The notes under the pieces: generated by a model
Told to the model about the DNA's origin: nothing
Databases searched by the model: none
Seen by the model: only the letters and a program-made list of their open reading frames with translations
Made by a program: the position numbers and the translations under genes
Part shown: positions 1 to 9,181 of the stretch, piece by piece
Layout: each line of letters starts with the position of its first letter
Position numbering within the stretch: the stretch's first letter is position 1
Source of the DNA: an uncultured Rhabdochlamydiaceae bacterium
GTDB lineage: Bacteria > Chlamydiota > Chlamydiia > Chlamydiales > Rhabdochlamydiaceae
Direction of reading: 5' to 3'
Assembly (NCBI GenBank): GCA_963712275.1
Contig: CAVQHD010000001.1
Coordinates: 512,001 to 576,000, forward strand
Length of the DNA: 64,000 bases

Positions 1-725
1 TGTGAATTTCCTTGGCTTAAATGTTCTAAGCATTGTGTAATCCAACGCGTCTCATCAGGCTTTATTTTTGATAATACGAACCCTAAACGTTTAAAAATCG
101 CCTTGTTGTTCATCTTCTCCGCATATTGGATCAGAATGTTCAGATCGCATTCACTTGAAGAGAGATATTTTTTGAAAAAGTCGACCACTGAACGAATTCC
201 TCCTCCAATTGATGGATCATCAAACATATCTATGATCGTCTTATGAGGATCTGACACTTGTACTTTGATCTGATCTTTCCAAACAGACTTAAGTCCAAAC
301 ATTTTGTCGGATGCTGATTTTTTTATCAAAAATGTTAATCCCGCAACGGACTGCTCTTTTTGATTTAAGCGTCGAGAGATAAAGACGATAGTTGATTCGA
401 AAATTTGCTCGGTAAAATCCCAATGTTGGGCCGCAGACCATCCCCCAATATAGCAAGGGGAAAAGACCTGTGATGCTATTACCCATGGATCGAGAATGCC
501 GCCATCAGGAGTTTCAGCCGCTATATCTACGGAGAAATATAACCCCCTCCTAACCCTTCGTAGCCAGCCATTTTTTACCCATGAGGACAGATACAGCCTT
601 GCCTGCTCTCGTGAGACACTTAATGTCTCTGCTACCAAACTTACTGATATACAACCGTTTGAATTGCGAAGTACATCTGCAAGCCTCTTACGAGATAATT
701 TCCCTAGCCCAGCTAATTCATCCAT
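1..725 (-). CDS. Type IV toxin-antitoxin AbiEi-family antitoxin / transcriptional regulator (3' end runs off window)
   Basis: Not in the ORF track because there is no stop in the window. Manual translation from ATG at 725 gives MDELAGLGKLSRKRLADVLRN...WLRRVRRGLY...PCYIGGWSAAQHWDFTEQ...VSDPHKTIIDMFDDPSIGGG...KRLGFVL, an N-terminal wHTH plus AbiEi-like motifs; open to position 1. Confidence 0.8.
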   Translation of the reverse strand, partial: MDELAGLGKLSRKRLADVLRNSNGCISVSLVAETLSVSREQARLYLSSWVKNGWLRRVRRGLYFSVDIAAETPDGGILDPWVIASQVFSPCYIGGWSAAQHWDFTEQIFESTIVFISRRLNQKEQSVAGLTFLIKKSASDKMFGLKSVWKDQIKVQVSDPHKTIIDMFDDPSIGGGIRSVVDFFKKYLSSSECDLNILIQYAEKMNNKAIFKRLGFVLSKIKPDETRWITQCLEHLSQGNS

Positions 726-788
726 GGTACATCCGGTGCGTTAATCATATTTGAAAAGATAAGTTATCCATGATTTAGATGTACCATA

Positions 789-852
789 TAGGTATATTTT
801 AACCATAGAAAAATATGCTTTTAAGCTATTTTTAATGATTGAAATATACCTA
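789..852. promoter_or_regulatory. Inverted repeat upstream of AbiEi gene, putative autoregulatory operator
   Basis: TAGGTATATTTTAACCAT (789-806) vs ATGATTGAAATATACCTA (835-852): 16/18 complementary, outer 11 bp perfect. Confidence 0.5.
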
Positions 853-911
853 CAGTTGGAATAGCCAATTTACTAGGTGACTTGAGTTGTGATCGTGCCG
901 CTGACGAAAAG

Positions 912-1256
912 TCATTCTCTAACAATCAGGAGGTGGAGATCGAGATTTTTCTTTGCAAAAGCGGCCTTGTAAGGTTCAAATGTCTCATGAAGCGCTTTTT
1001 CGGCGACCTCTGCGATGTTTCCGTCATCGTAGCTAAAAGGGTTGCGTAAAAGACGGTAGGACAAATCCAAGTCGAGCGCAACGTGCAGTTTAGTGATGAC
1101 TTGCCCTTCTGCTGCGAAGCGGTTGCGGGTTTCTTCCAGCTGTTTGGTAGCCTTGTTCAAGATCGAAATAATCCACTCTTTGTTTTTGATAGCCATTTCT
1201 GTTACTCGCTGTCTTTGGGCAAGGCCATCCTCTTCAGAGGGCAATTGAATTCTCAT
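912..1256 (-). CDS. Hypothetical protein
   Basis: ORF 912..1295 in the track; first ATG at 1256 (MRIQLPSEED...). No recognisable motif. Confidence 0.55.
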   Translation of the reverse strand: MRIQLPSEEDGLAQRQRVTEMAIKNKEWIISILNKATKQLEETRNRFAAEGQVITKLHVALDLDLSYRLLRNPFSYDDGNIAEVAEKALHETFEPYKAAFAKKNLDLHLLIVRE

Positions 1257-1352
1257 TTCTAACTTATTTCTGGTGGCATTATCCACCACCCGCAAAAACT
1301 TCGGTTATTTTTATAAGTTGAAGTTTTGTTGTAACACATTGAAATAAAAGAA

Positions 1353-1427
1353 TCTGGGTGAGTGGATTTGAACCACCGACCCCTTGCACCCCATGCAAGT
1401 GCGCTAGCCAAGCTGCGCTACACCCAG
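1353..1427 (-). tRNA. tRNA-Pro (GGG)
   Basis: Reverse complement folds as a cloverleaf: acceptor CTGGGTG/CACCCAG, anticodon arm CTTGC-ATGGGGT-GCAAG, T-loop GTTCAAATC. Confidence 0.95.
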
Positions 1428-1434
1428 GAAAATT

Positions 1435-1689
1435 TTAAACTTGTGTTAACCCTTCGAACTGAAAATCGGCTTTTTTAAATTCACTGACGCCGATCCGAGC
1501 GCACTCTTCGATGATTTTTTCAAGGATATCTCCAGGATGGAGCTCAGCTGCTGAAAGGTCGACGGAAATGGAAGCCGTAAAATTGACGCCCCTACGAAGC
1601 CCCTTCACTTTAAAGTTGGCATACATCGTCTCTTTTTTCTTAGAGATATTTTTAAAACGAATGAGATTGTTTTCAGCGAGATCCTTCAT
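1435..1689 (-). CDS. Small hypothetical protein
   Basis: 84-aa ORF with ATG and AGGT-type RBS, directly upstream of tRNA-Pro. Confidence 0.7.
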   Translation of the reverse strand: MKDLAENNLIRFKNISKKKETMYANFKVKGLRRGVNFTASISVDLSAAELHPGDILEKIIEECARIGVSEFKKADFQFEGLTQV

Positions 1690-1749
1690 GATTTACCTAA
1701 ATTAGAAGAAGATGGTAGATTTATAGTCGGTTTCTGTCAAGGAGGCTCT

Positions 1750-3948
1750 ATGGCTACACGTTCAGCATCTTTAACATTCCCCGGTTTACCTATAGAGGCC
1801 CAGGGGAAAATCTTTTCATTTCTCCCAATAGGAGCATTTGGAATTTTTGCTCGCGTTAGTCAAGCTTGTTATACTTGCTTTACCTCTTATAAAGAGACTT
1901 TTTTTAGCCAACGAGTGATTGATTTTAAACTCCGTGTTCCTGAGGATACGACTGCTTCTCAGACTTGCAAGGCAAATATTTTTTTAATTAAAGCCATTCC
2001 TTCCCCGACAGCAACCCCTAAGCAGCTCATGCGTTTTATCAACTTAATCGTGGATAAGGACCAGCCCTCCCTTTTAGACTGGGTACTGAGAAGAGGAGAG
2101 GACTCTATCCCACTTTCATCCTCAAAATTCCCACGTTCGTTAGCCTCGAACGAGATCCCTCTTGCCGCTATCGATATCAATGGTATCGTTTTGAACGCTT
2201 TACAAAACGAACGGGTACTTTGTTTACAAGCTGCGCTGGCTTATCCTAACTGGAGAGCTGGAATCATACGAGATACGACATCAAAAGGCCTTATTTACAA
2301 AGCCTCTTATCTTGAAAATCCCGCCTATTACCAAGCGCTCATGAAGATAGAGTCGTATATTACTCCAGAAAGACTCGACCAAGATTTTGCTCGCTTTGCT
2401 AGACAAAACGGCAAACTTCTCGTCACACAAGACGAGCTCAAGCAAATTTCCAATGATACTTTGCAAAGGGCTTTGGCTTCCATCGCTGAAAACGGAGATC
2501 TTGAAGAATTTAAAAAACTTTTTGAGCATTTAAAAGCTTCTTCTCTTCTTTCCAACGAAGTCGTAGGCAGTGCTTTTTCTGATGCCCTCGAAAAAAAGAA
2601 GATGGATGTGGTTCGTTTTATTCTCCAAAATACACTCAATCAAATTCCCCAGAAGGTTTTGCAAAATGCTTTATCCACTTTTGCTAGAAAGGGACACCTT
2701 GACGACTTTAAACAACTTTTTAACCATTTAGAGGATTCTTCTCTTCCTTCAGAAGAAGATATTATAGGTCAGTCCCTTGTTAATGCAGCAATAAATGACC
2801 ACCTGACTGTAGTTGAATTTATTCTCGAATCTAAAAAGCTTGTTTCTTTTTTTCACCAAGTTCGAGCCGCCTACAATGCAAGTAAACACGGTTACTTGAA
2901 CTGTTTGACTCTTATTTTAGATATTAATAAGGAAATTGCTGCTGATGTTATTGCTCTTCTTTTGAAAGATAAACCTTTGAAAAATAAACCTTCCCGCCAT
3001 CAGAAAACCGGTCGAAAAGTGGATTGCTTTAAAGCTCTCCTTAAAAAGCTTCCCCCCGATGTGAAGACCGATCCGTATTTCAATCTTGCTGCGCTTGGTG
3101 GGCATACTGAATATCTTCAAGTCTTTATCGAATCTACGTCCTTTTCTGACAAGGCTATCGATGATGTTTTAGCTGAAGCTATCAATAAAAAGGCCAACGA
3201 TTGTGTCCGGAATTTTTTTAGAACTCCTTCATTGATATCCAAATGTTCTATCAAAACCATCGAATCGGCTTTGAAGTGGACCCAAAAGACTTTTGATCTA
3301 CAAGATCTTCAACTGGTCATTTCTTCTCCTCAATTTCCTCAGGTCGGTGAAGATGCACTTAATGATGTCTTTTTGAATGCTATCAAAATAGATGATCACA
3401 ATTATATCCATACTCTGATGAATTCTTGCCCAATTTCTCGTTTTTCTCTTAACAGCTTAGGATTTGCCTTCTATTGGGCTGCTAAGCAAGGAATTACAGC
3501 AAAAATCAAAGAAATTCTCAATAGCGATCGGGTTTATGAAATTCATTTTTCCTTTCGCCTCATGGCCCGTTTCTGGGCTGAGGAGAATAGACATACCGGG
3601 TCTGCCGCTTTGATGAGTTCTCCCGACCTATTTCCTGAAAGTCAAGACATCAGGGGCTGGGCTTTATGCTGGGCTGCAAAAAATGGATTTATAGTAGAAT
3701 GCCAACAACTGCTCTCCTCCGGTATTCCAAGTCAATTTCTTCTACAATCATTTTGCTACGCGCTAAAAAACTCGAACCTACTCTTAGCCTCTTTGTTATC
3801 GCAAACCCCAGCTCCGTCTAATAGCCCGCTTGTGCCAACTATTCAAGCTTGGACTCAGGCTTTTTTAAGCGACAATCAAGCTCCCATGCCCCACTTTATT
3901 GAAGATGCCAAGTTTGATGATTTCATTCGGGGGAACGGAGAAATATGA
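1750..3948 (+). CDS. F-box-like / ankyrin-like repeat protein (putative effector)
   Basis: N-terminal LPIEAQGKIFSFL...RVSQ F-box-like motif; repeated A..GH/G.L..V..LL ankyrin-like helices; GGAGG RBS. Confidence 0.7.
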   Translation: MATRSASLTFPGLPIEAQGKIFSFLPIGAFGIFARVSQACYTCFTSYKETFFSQRVIDFKLRVPEDTTASQTCKANIFLIKAIPSPTATPKQLMRFINLIVDKDQPSLLDWVLRRGEDSIPLSSSKFPRSLASNEIPLAAIDINGIVLNALQNERVLCLQAALAYPNWRAGIIRDTTSKGLIYKASYLENPAYYQALMKIESYITPERLDQDFARFARQNGKLLVTQDELKQISNDTLQRALASIAENGDLEEFKKLFEHLKASSLLSNEVVGSAFSDALEKKKMDVVRFILQNTLNQIPQKVLQNALSTFARKGHLDDFKQLFNHLEDSSLPSEEDIIGQSLVNAAINDHLTVVEFILESKKLVSFFHQVRAAYNASKHGYLNCLTLILDINKEIAADVIALLLKDKPLKNKPSRHQKTGRKVDCFKALLKKLPPDVKTDPYFNLAALGGHTEYLQVFIESTSFSDKAIDDVLAEAINKKANDCVRNFFRTPSLISKCSIKTIESALKWTQKTFDLQDLQLVISSPQFPQVGEDALNDVFLNAIKIDDHNYIHTLMNSCPISRFSLNSLGFAFYWAAKQGITAKIKEILNSDRVYEIHFSFRLMARFWAEENRHTGSAALMSSPDLFPESQDIRGWALCWAAKNGFIVECQQLLSSGIPSQFLLQSFCYALKNSNLLLASLLSQTPAPSNSPLVPTIQAWTQAFLSDNQAPMPHFIEDAKFDDFIRGNGEI

Positions 3949-4012
3949 GAAAGCATTGCTCGAATAATGAGAGAGCTCCCTCTAATATCCAATTTCTGTC
4001 ATAGTACTTCGT

Positions 4013-5605
4013 ATGGCCTTATCTTCACTATCTGACCTTCCACTGTTTACCCTTCAGCCCCTGCAACCCGGTGGCAATCCAATCACGCTGCCCAGTGAGG
4101 TCTGCTCCCAAATTATCGAGTTGTTTGAGATAAATGATAATGAAAAATTGCTTTACGTAAGCAAAAAAAACTTTATCATTCTTCAAAATGTCATTTTTGA
4201 GCCACTGGTTGATCGTTTTAAGCTCCGTATGCCTCCTCAAGATAAAGCTTCTCTAGTCTATAAAGCTTTTCGAGTCTATAAAGAAAATCTTCCTTTAATT
4301 AGGGCCCTTCCTCTCTCAACAGAGAAGTTGTCTCTTGACCGAATCAATAACTTTATCAATTTAGTCGTGAAAAATGACCAAGATCTACTTTTATGCTGGC
4401 TGCTGGAAGGAGGAGAGGACTCTATCCCAACTTTAGATTCTTCCCCCTCATTATCTGCGGATCAGTTTCCTATCGATCCCTATAACATCCTTTTAATGGC
4501 CTTAACAGACAAAAGTTTTCTTTGTTTTCAAGCCCTCGCTTGTGATTCCTTATGGAAGGCACTACCCGCAGAAGAGACGCAAAAAAAAGAGCCTATTATT
4601 ACACAAGCTTTTAAAATGGACAATCTAGGATATTATCGAACGCTCATGAAAATAGATTCGTTTATAACTCAAGAAAGACTCAGCAAAGATTTTGTTTGTT
4701 TTGCGAAACAAAAGAGACAGTTTCTCATTGAGGAAAATAAGTTCAGACAAATTGACAGGAACTCTTTGTTCGAAGTTTTACTTTTCTTTGCTGAGAAGGG
4801 AGAGCTTGAAAGCTTTGAAAAGCTTTTTAAATATTTAACAGAAGCTTCCCAACTTCCTATCGAGCTTATAGGCAAGGTTTTTTCTAAAGCAGCCAAGAAT
4901 GGTAAGGCGTGTGTGGTTGCACTTATTCTCCAATCTCACGCTGAAAAGCTTGCTTCTCTTCCCGATTGTTATAGTAAAGCCGCCTATAAAGTGAGCATAT
5001 ATGGCCACCTGGAGTGTTTGACCCTTATTTTGGATGTTAACAAAGCGTTTGTTGCTCAGGTTATCGGTACTCTTTTAGGTGATCTCCCTTCTAACGATCC
5101 AAACACAGCGGAATGCTTTAAAGCTCTCCTTGAAAAGCTTCCCCCTAACACAAATATCGGCTGGTATTTATGGCTTGCTGTGGACCGTTGGCATAAACAA
5201 TATCTTCAGGCTCTTATCAAATCCCCCCTCATTTCCCAAGTTAGCGACAAGGACATCAATATTGTTTTTTCTATCGCACTAAACCGATCGATTAATAATG
5301 TCGGCGATGTGGACGCCGAAGATGATGCCAAGCTTTTTATAACTCGTGATTTGGTATCCAAATATTCCAGTGAAACCCTTGAATTGGCTTTAAAATGGAC
5401 GACTATGGGAGATCTTCGTTCAGAGCATCTTCAAATTATCGTCTCTTCCCCTCAATTTTCTCAGATCAGCGAAAGAGCCTTTGATGATGCCTTTTTGAGT
5501 TTCACCAGAACGAATAATCGCGGTTGTATCGATATTCTTATGAATTCTTGCCCAATTTCTCGTAACAGTTTAGGATTTTCCTTAAAAATCAAACAAGATG
5601 TTTAG
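4013..5605 (+). CDS. F-box-like / ankyrin-like repeat protein, shorter tandem paralog
   Basis: LPSEVCSQIIELF motif; shares blocks with the upstream gene (GEDSIP, GHLECLTLILD, ISSPQF, LMNSCPISR). Confidence 0.7.
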   Translation: MALSSLSDLPLFTLQPLQPGGNPITLPSEVCSQIIELFEINDNEKLLYVSKKNFIILQNVIFEPLVDRFKLRMPPQDKASLVYKAFRVYKENLPLIRALPLSTEKLSLDRINNFINLVVKNDQDLLLCWLLEGGEDSIPTLDSSPSLSADQFPIDPYNILLMALTDKSFLCFQALACDSLWKALPAEETQKKEPIITQAFKMDNLGYYRTLMKIDSFITQERLSKDFVCFAKQKRQFLIEENKFRQIDRNSLFEVLLFFAEKGELESFEKLFKYLTEASQLPIELIGKVFSKAAKNGKACVVALILQSHAEKLASLPDCYSKAAYKVSIYGHLECLTLILDVNKAFVAQVIGTLLGDLPSNDPNTAECFKALLEKLPPNTNIGWYLWLAVDRWHKQYLQALIKSPLISQVSDKDINIVFSIALNRSINNVGDVDAEDDAKLFITRDLVSKYSSETLELALKWTTMGDLRSEHLQIIVSSPQFSQISERAFDDAFLSFTRTNNRGCIDILMNSCPISRNSLGFSLKIKQDV

Positions 5606-5607
5606 AA

Positions 5608-6294
5608 ATGGAGACCGTTGATTTTTTCATGGGTATGAAATTAGAAAAAAGCTGGCACGAAAAACTCAAAGAAGAGCTTGAGAAGCCGTATATCCAAGCG
5701 CTGAAGCAATTCCTTCTGGCAGAAAAAGAGGCGGGAAAAACGGTCTATCCTCCGGAGCCGCTCGTTTTTAATGCTTTTTTGCAAACCCCCTATGATCAAG
5801 TAAAGGTTGTCATCATCGGACAAGATCCTTACCACGGCCGCGGGCAGGCGCACGGCCTTTCTTTTAGCGTCCCGCCTGAAATTCCACTTCCCCCTTCGCT
5901 CAAAAATATCTATAGGGAAATTCACTCAGACCTGGGAATTTCACCTCCTAGGAATGGATCTCTTCTTCATTGGGCCCGGCAAGGTGTTCTCCTTCTGAAT
6001 GCCATACTCACCGTTCGAGCAGGAGAGCCTAAATCCCACGATGGAAAAGGGTGGGAGCAGCTGACTGACGCGGTTGTAAATTGCTTAGTTCAAAAACAAG
6101 ACCCGATTGTTTTCCTTCTCTGGGGAAAATCGGCTCAAGAAAAATGTCATCGTGTAATGGGAACCCGCCATGCTGTTTTTCAAGCGGCTCACCCTTCCCC
6201 CTATTCTGCAGACCGTTTTTTCGGATGCCGCCACTTTTCAAAAACAAACCAGTTTCTTGAGAGTGTTGGTAAGTCGCCTATCGATTGGTCATAA
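5608..6294 (+). CDS. ung: Uracil-DNA glycosylase
   Basis: GQDPYH, AHGLSFSV, QGVLLLN and HPSP family-1 UDG motifs. Confidence 0.97.
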   Translation: METVDFFMGMKLEKSWHEKLKEELEKPYIQALKQFLLAEKEAGKTVYPPEPLVFNAFLQTPYDQVKVVIIGQDPYHGRGQAHGLSFSVPPEIPLPPSLKNIYREIHSDLGISPPRNGSLLHWARQGVLLLNAILTVRAGEPKSHDGKGWEQLTDAVVNCLVQKQDPIVFLLWGKSAQEKCHRVMGTRHAVFQAAHPSPYSADRFFGCRHFSKTNQFLESVGKSPIDWS

Positions 6295-6299
6295 GTTAA

Positions 6300-6475
6300 G
6301 GTTTTTGCACAGCCGCCAGATTCTGCTGACAATAAAACAACTTATCGACACAGTTATCAACAGCTCCATTTCCCTCGTGTGAAGCCGTGATTATCAACAA
6401 ATCCACACCGCTCAATAAGGATAGATCCTATAAGAATTAAAAGAATCTCTAAAGGAGAGGATGTGGGAAATTGGT
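6300..6475. other. Candidate chromosomal replication origin (DnaA-box cluster plus AT-rich tract)
   Basis: TTATCGACA 6342, TTATCAACA 6354, TTATCAACA 6391 followed by AATCCACA, TTTTGCACA 6303, TGTGGGAAA 6462; A/T-rich run 6414-6453. Confidence 0.6.
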
Positions 6476-6495
6476 AGGTTGAGTAGTATAGCGCT

Positions 6496-7152
6496 ATGCA
6501 AGAACTTTCTTCACACCACTTTTTCTCATTAGAGAAATTTTTACACAAAGAGCTCTTCGACCCTACTGCACCTGTTTGGAATGCACTCCACCAGTTATCA
6601 CCCTTCCTTGAGAGAGCCTCTCTTGGAAAGATTGAAGTCAAAATTCCTGCAACCGTTTATTTAGTCAACCCTGCTCAGATTTCGATTGCGCGGGGGTGTG
6701 TGATTGAACCGGGGGCTTACATTCAAGGGCCTGTTATCTTGGGGCCTCGAACTGTTGTTCGGCATGGGGCTTATATTCGCGGTTTTGTCATTACAGGAGA
6801 GGATTGCGTGATTGGCCACGCGACGGAAGTTAAGCATTCGATTTTTTTGGACCGCGCTAAGGCGCCCCACTTCAATTATGTCGGCGACTCAATCCTAGGA
6901 AACGAAGTGAACTTAGGAGCTGGTGTTAACTTGGCGAATTTCCGCTTTGATGAAGCTCCGATTACATTCTTTTATCGGGGTCAAAAAGTTGTTACGAATT
7001 TGAAAAAATTTGGAGCTGTGATTGGCGATGGGGCGCAATTGGGGTGCAATGCGGTCACAAATCCTGGAACGATCATCGGTCCAAAAGCCTTTTGCTATCC
7101 CTGCACCAATATTAGAGGAGTTATTCCTCCGCAAACCATTTACGAGCCCTAG
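6496..7152 (+). CDS. GlmU-like hexapeptide-repeat acetyltransferase (LbH domain only)
   Basis: Hexapeptide repeats, HFNYVGDSILG and NLGAG motifs of the GlmU C-terminal domain; no pyrophosphorylase domain. Confidence 0.85.
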   Translation: MQELSSHHFFSLEKFLHKELFDPTAPVWNALHQLSPFLERASLGKIEVKIPATVYLVNPAQISIARGCVIEPGAYIQGPVILGPRTVVRHGAYIRGFVITGEDCVIGHATEVKHSIFLDRAKAPHFNYVGDSILGNEVNLGAGVNLANFRFDEAPITFFYRGQKVVTNLKKFGAVIGDGAQLGCNAVTNPGTIIGPKAFCYPCTNIRGVIPPQTIYEP

Positions 7153-7160
7153 GAGGTAAG

Positions 7161-8072
7161 ATGACACTAACAGCAGATCCAAGCCGAGTCTCCCAATTTT
7201 ATTTTCATCGAGACAAAATCGAGCAAGAGATTGCTAAAAGCATTCTGAATTTTGGTGAAAAAAATAAATTAAGAGATGCCTGTGAGTATGCTCTCAAAGG
7301 AGGAGGCAAGCGGTTCCGCCCTCTTTTAGTTCTGCTTGTTGCAGAAGCTCTTGGTAATCAATTGAGCGTTTTAGATGCGGCGCTTTCCGTTGAATTTTTT
7401 CATACGGCTTCTTTAATTGTCGATGACCTTCCTTGTATGGATAATGAAGAGGAGCGAAGAAGTCAACCGACGCTTCATAAAACCTATGGAGAGTCAATCG
7501 CGCTTCTTTCAAGCTATGCCTTGATTTGTGCTGCTTTTGAAAAGATTGAAACAAATACCGCCAAAATGAAGCAGGCAGGACCTCCTTATGGTGCAATGGC
7601 TGAGCACGTGGGGCTAATGGCGCTTAAACAGGCATCGCAAAGCGCGGGGATTTTAGGCGCAATAGGGGGGCAGTTTCACGATTTATTTCCTCCCCATTTG
7701 TCGCTGGAGACTGTAAAGGGTGTGATTTACCAAAAGACAGTGACGTTATTTGAAGTGGCGTTTGTTTTTGGGTGGCTTTTTGGAGGCGGAGAGTTTTCCC
7801 GCCTAGCTCGAGTCAAAGAATGTGCCTACCATTTTGGAATGGCTTTTCAAATTGCCGACGATTTAGGTGATCTTGCCCAAGATGAGAAAAATCAGCGCGA
7901 GATCAATTTAGCCAAACATATTGGCAAAGATCGTGCTTTTGTTCTCTTTGAAGAGGAGCTTAAGCTCTTTAAGATCTCATTGATGGAGCTGGGACTTGAC
8001 ACGCCCTCATTCAAGAAAATGTGCGAGATGCTATATCCGCTTGCTTTAAAAAACTTTACAAATCTTTCTTAG
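7161..8072 (+). CDS. ispA: Polyprenyl (farnesyl/geranylgeranyl) diphosphate synthase
   Basis: GGKRFRP, DDLPCMD (FARM) and FQIADD (SARM). Confidence 0.9.
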   Translation: MTLTADPSRVSQFYFHRDKIEQEIAKSILNFGEKNKLRDACEYALKGGGKRFRPLLVLLVAEALGNQLSVLDAALSVEFFHTASLIVDDLPCMDNEEERRSQPTLHKTYGESIALLSSYALICAAFEKIETNTAKMKQAGPPYGAMAEHVGLMALKQASQSAGILGAIGGQFHDLFPPHLSLETVKGVIYQKTVTLFEVAFVFGWLFGGGEFSRLARVKECAYHFGMAFQIADDLGDLAQDEKNQREINLAKHIGKDRAFVLFEEELKLFKISLMELGLDTPSFKKMCEMLYPLALKNFTNLS

Positions 8073-8080
8073 AAGCTGTC

Positions 8081-9139
8081 TTAAACCTCTGCGAGTTCGG
8101 CGGTAGGAGTTTCTTCTGCTTTTAATGGGGCTGTTTTTTGAGAAGCAGCGGCGGTGATTGCTTTTTCAAGTTCATCGACGAGCTTGGGGTTTTTCTTGAG
8201 TTCTTCTCGAACCGAGTCTTTCCCTTGCCCAAGCCTTTGTCCTGCATAATTAAACCACGACCCCTTTTTTTCAATGATCCCAAAATCAACGCCGACATCG
8301 ATCAGCGATCCAAAACGGGAAATCCCTTCGTTGAAAAGAATCTCAAAAGAGGCGGTTCTAAAAGGCGGCGCAAGTTTATTTTTAACAATTTTGACGTTAA
8401 CTTCATTTCCGATGACGGTGTTGTCAGGGGCCTTAATCGATTCTTTCCGGCGGATTTCCATGCGGATCGACGAATAAAATTTCAAAGCCCGTCCACCAGT
8501 GGTGGTTTCAGGGTTTCCAAACATGACTCCAATTTTTTCTCGAATTTGGTTAATGAAAATGGCGCATGTGTTGCTTTTAGACAGCGTTGAAGCAAGCTTA
8601 CGAAGTGCTTGAGACATCATTCGTGCTTGGAGTCCCATAAACTGATCGCCAATGTCTCCTTCAAGCTCACTTTTAGGAACAAGGGCCGCCACAGAATCCA
8701 CTACAATGACGTCAACGGCATTGGAGCGGGCGAGCATCTCTGCAATGTTGAGCGCTTCCTCTCCAGAGCTGGGCTGCGAGATCATCAGTTCATCGACATT
8801 GACTCCAATACGCGCAGCATAGCCAGGGTCGAGAGCATGTTCGGCGTCGATGTAGGCTGCAAGTCCGCCTGCTTTTTGGGCGCTTGCCACGATATGGGTT
8901 GCAAGGGTTGACTTTCCTGAAGATTCGGGGCCGTAAATTTCAACAATCCTCCCACGTGGAACGCCGCCAATCCCAAGGGCAATGTCAAGAGCAATGGAGC
9001 CGGTTTTAATCACGTTCATTTCTCGTGTGGAAGAGTGTTTTCCAAGTGTCATCACAGAGCCTTCGCCGAACTGTTTCTCGATGAGTGAGATTGCAGCTTC
9101 TAATGCTTTTTTCTTTCCGGTATCATAATGTTGAGACAT
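8081..9139 (-). CDS. recA: Recombinase A
   Basis: GPESSGKST Walker [29 protein letters not shown]. Confidence 0.99.
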   Translation of the reverse strand: MSQHYDTGKKKALEAAISLIEKQFGEGSVMTLGKHSSTREMNVIKTGSIALDIALGIGGVPRGRIVEIYGPESSGKSTLATHIVASAQKAGGLAAYIDAEHALDPGYAARIGVNVDELMISQPSSGEEALNIAEMLARSNAVDVIVVDSVAALVPKSELEGDIGDQFMGLQARMMSQALRKLASTLSKSNTCAIFINQIREKIGVMFGNPETTTGGRALKFYSSIRMEIRRKESIKAPDNTVIGNEVNVKIVKNKLAPPFRTASFEILFNEGISRFGSLIDVGVDFGIIEKKGSWFNYAGQRLGQGKDSVREELKKNPKLVDELEKAITAAASQKTAPLKAEETPTAELAEV

Positions 9140-9181
9140 AAAATGGGCTCCTTTTACTCTTTAGTATAGCATGCGGCGGAT

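Noticed and set aside
289..744. ORF-track calls 289-486 (-) and 496-744 (+)
   Set aside because: Shadow ORFs of the AbiEi-like gene in another frame or strand.
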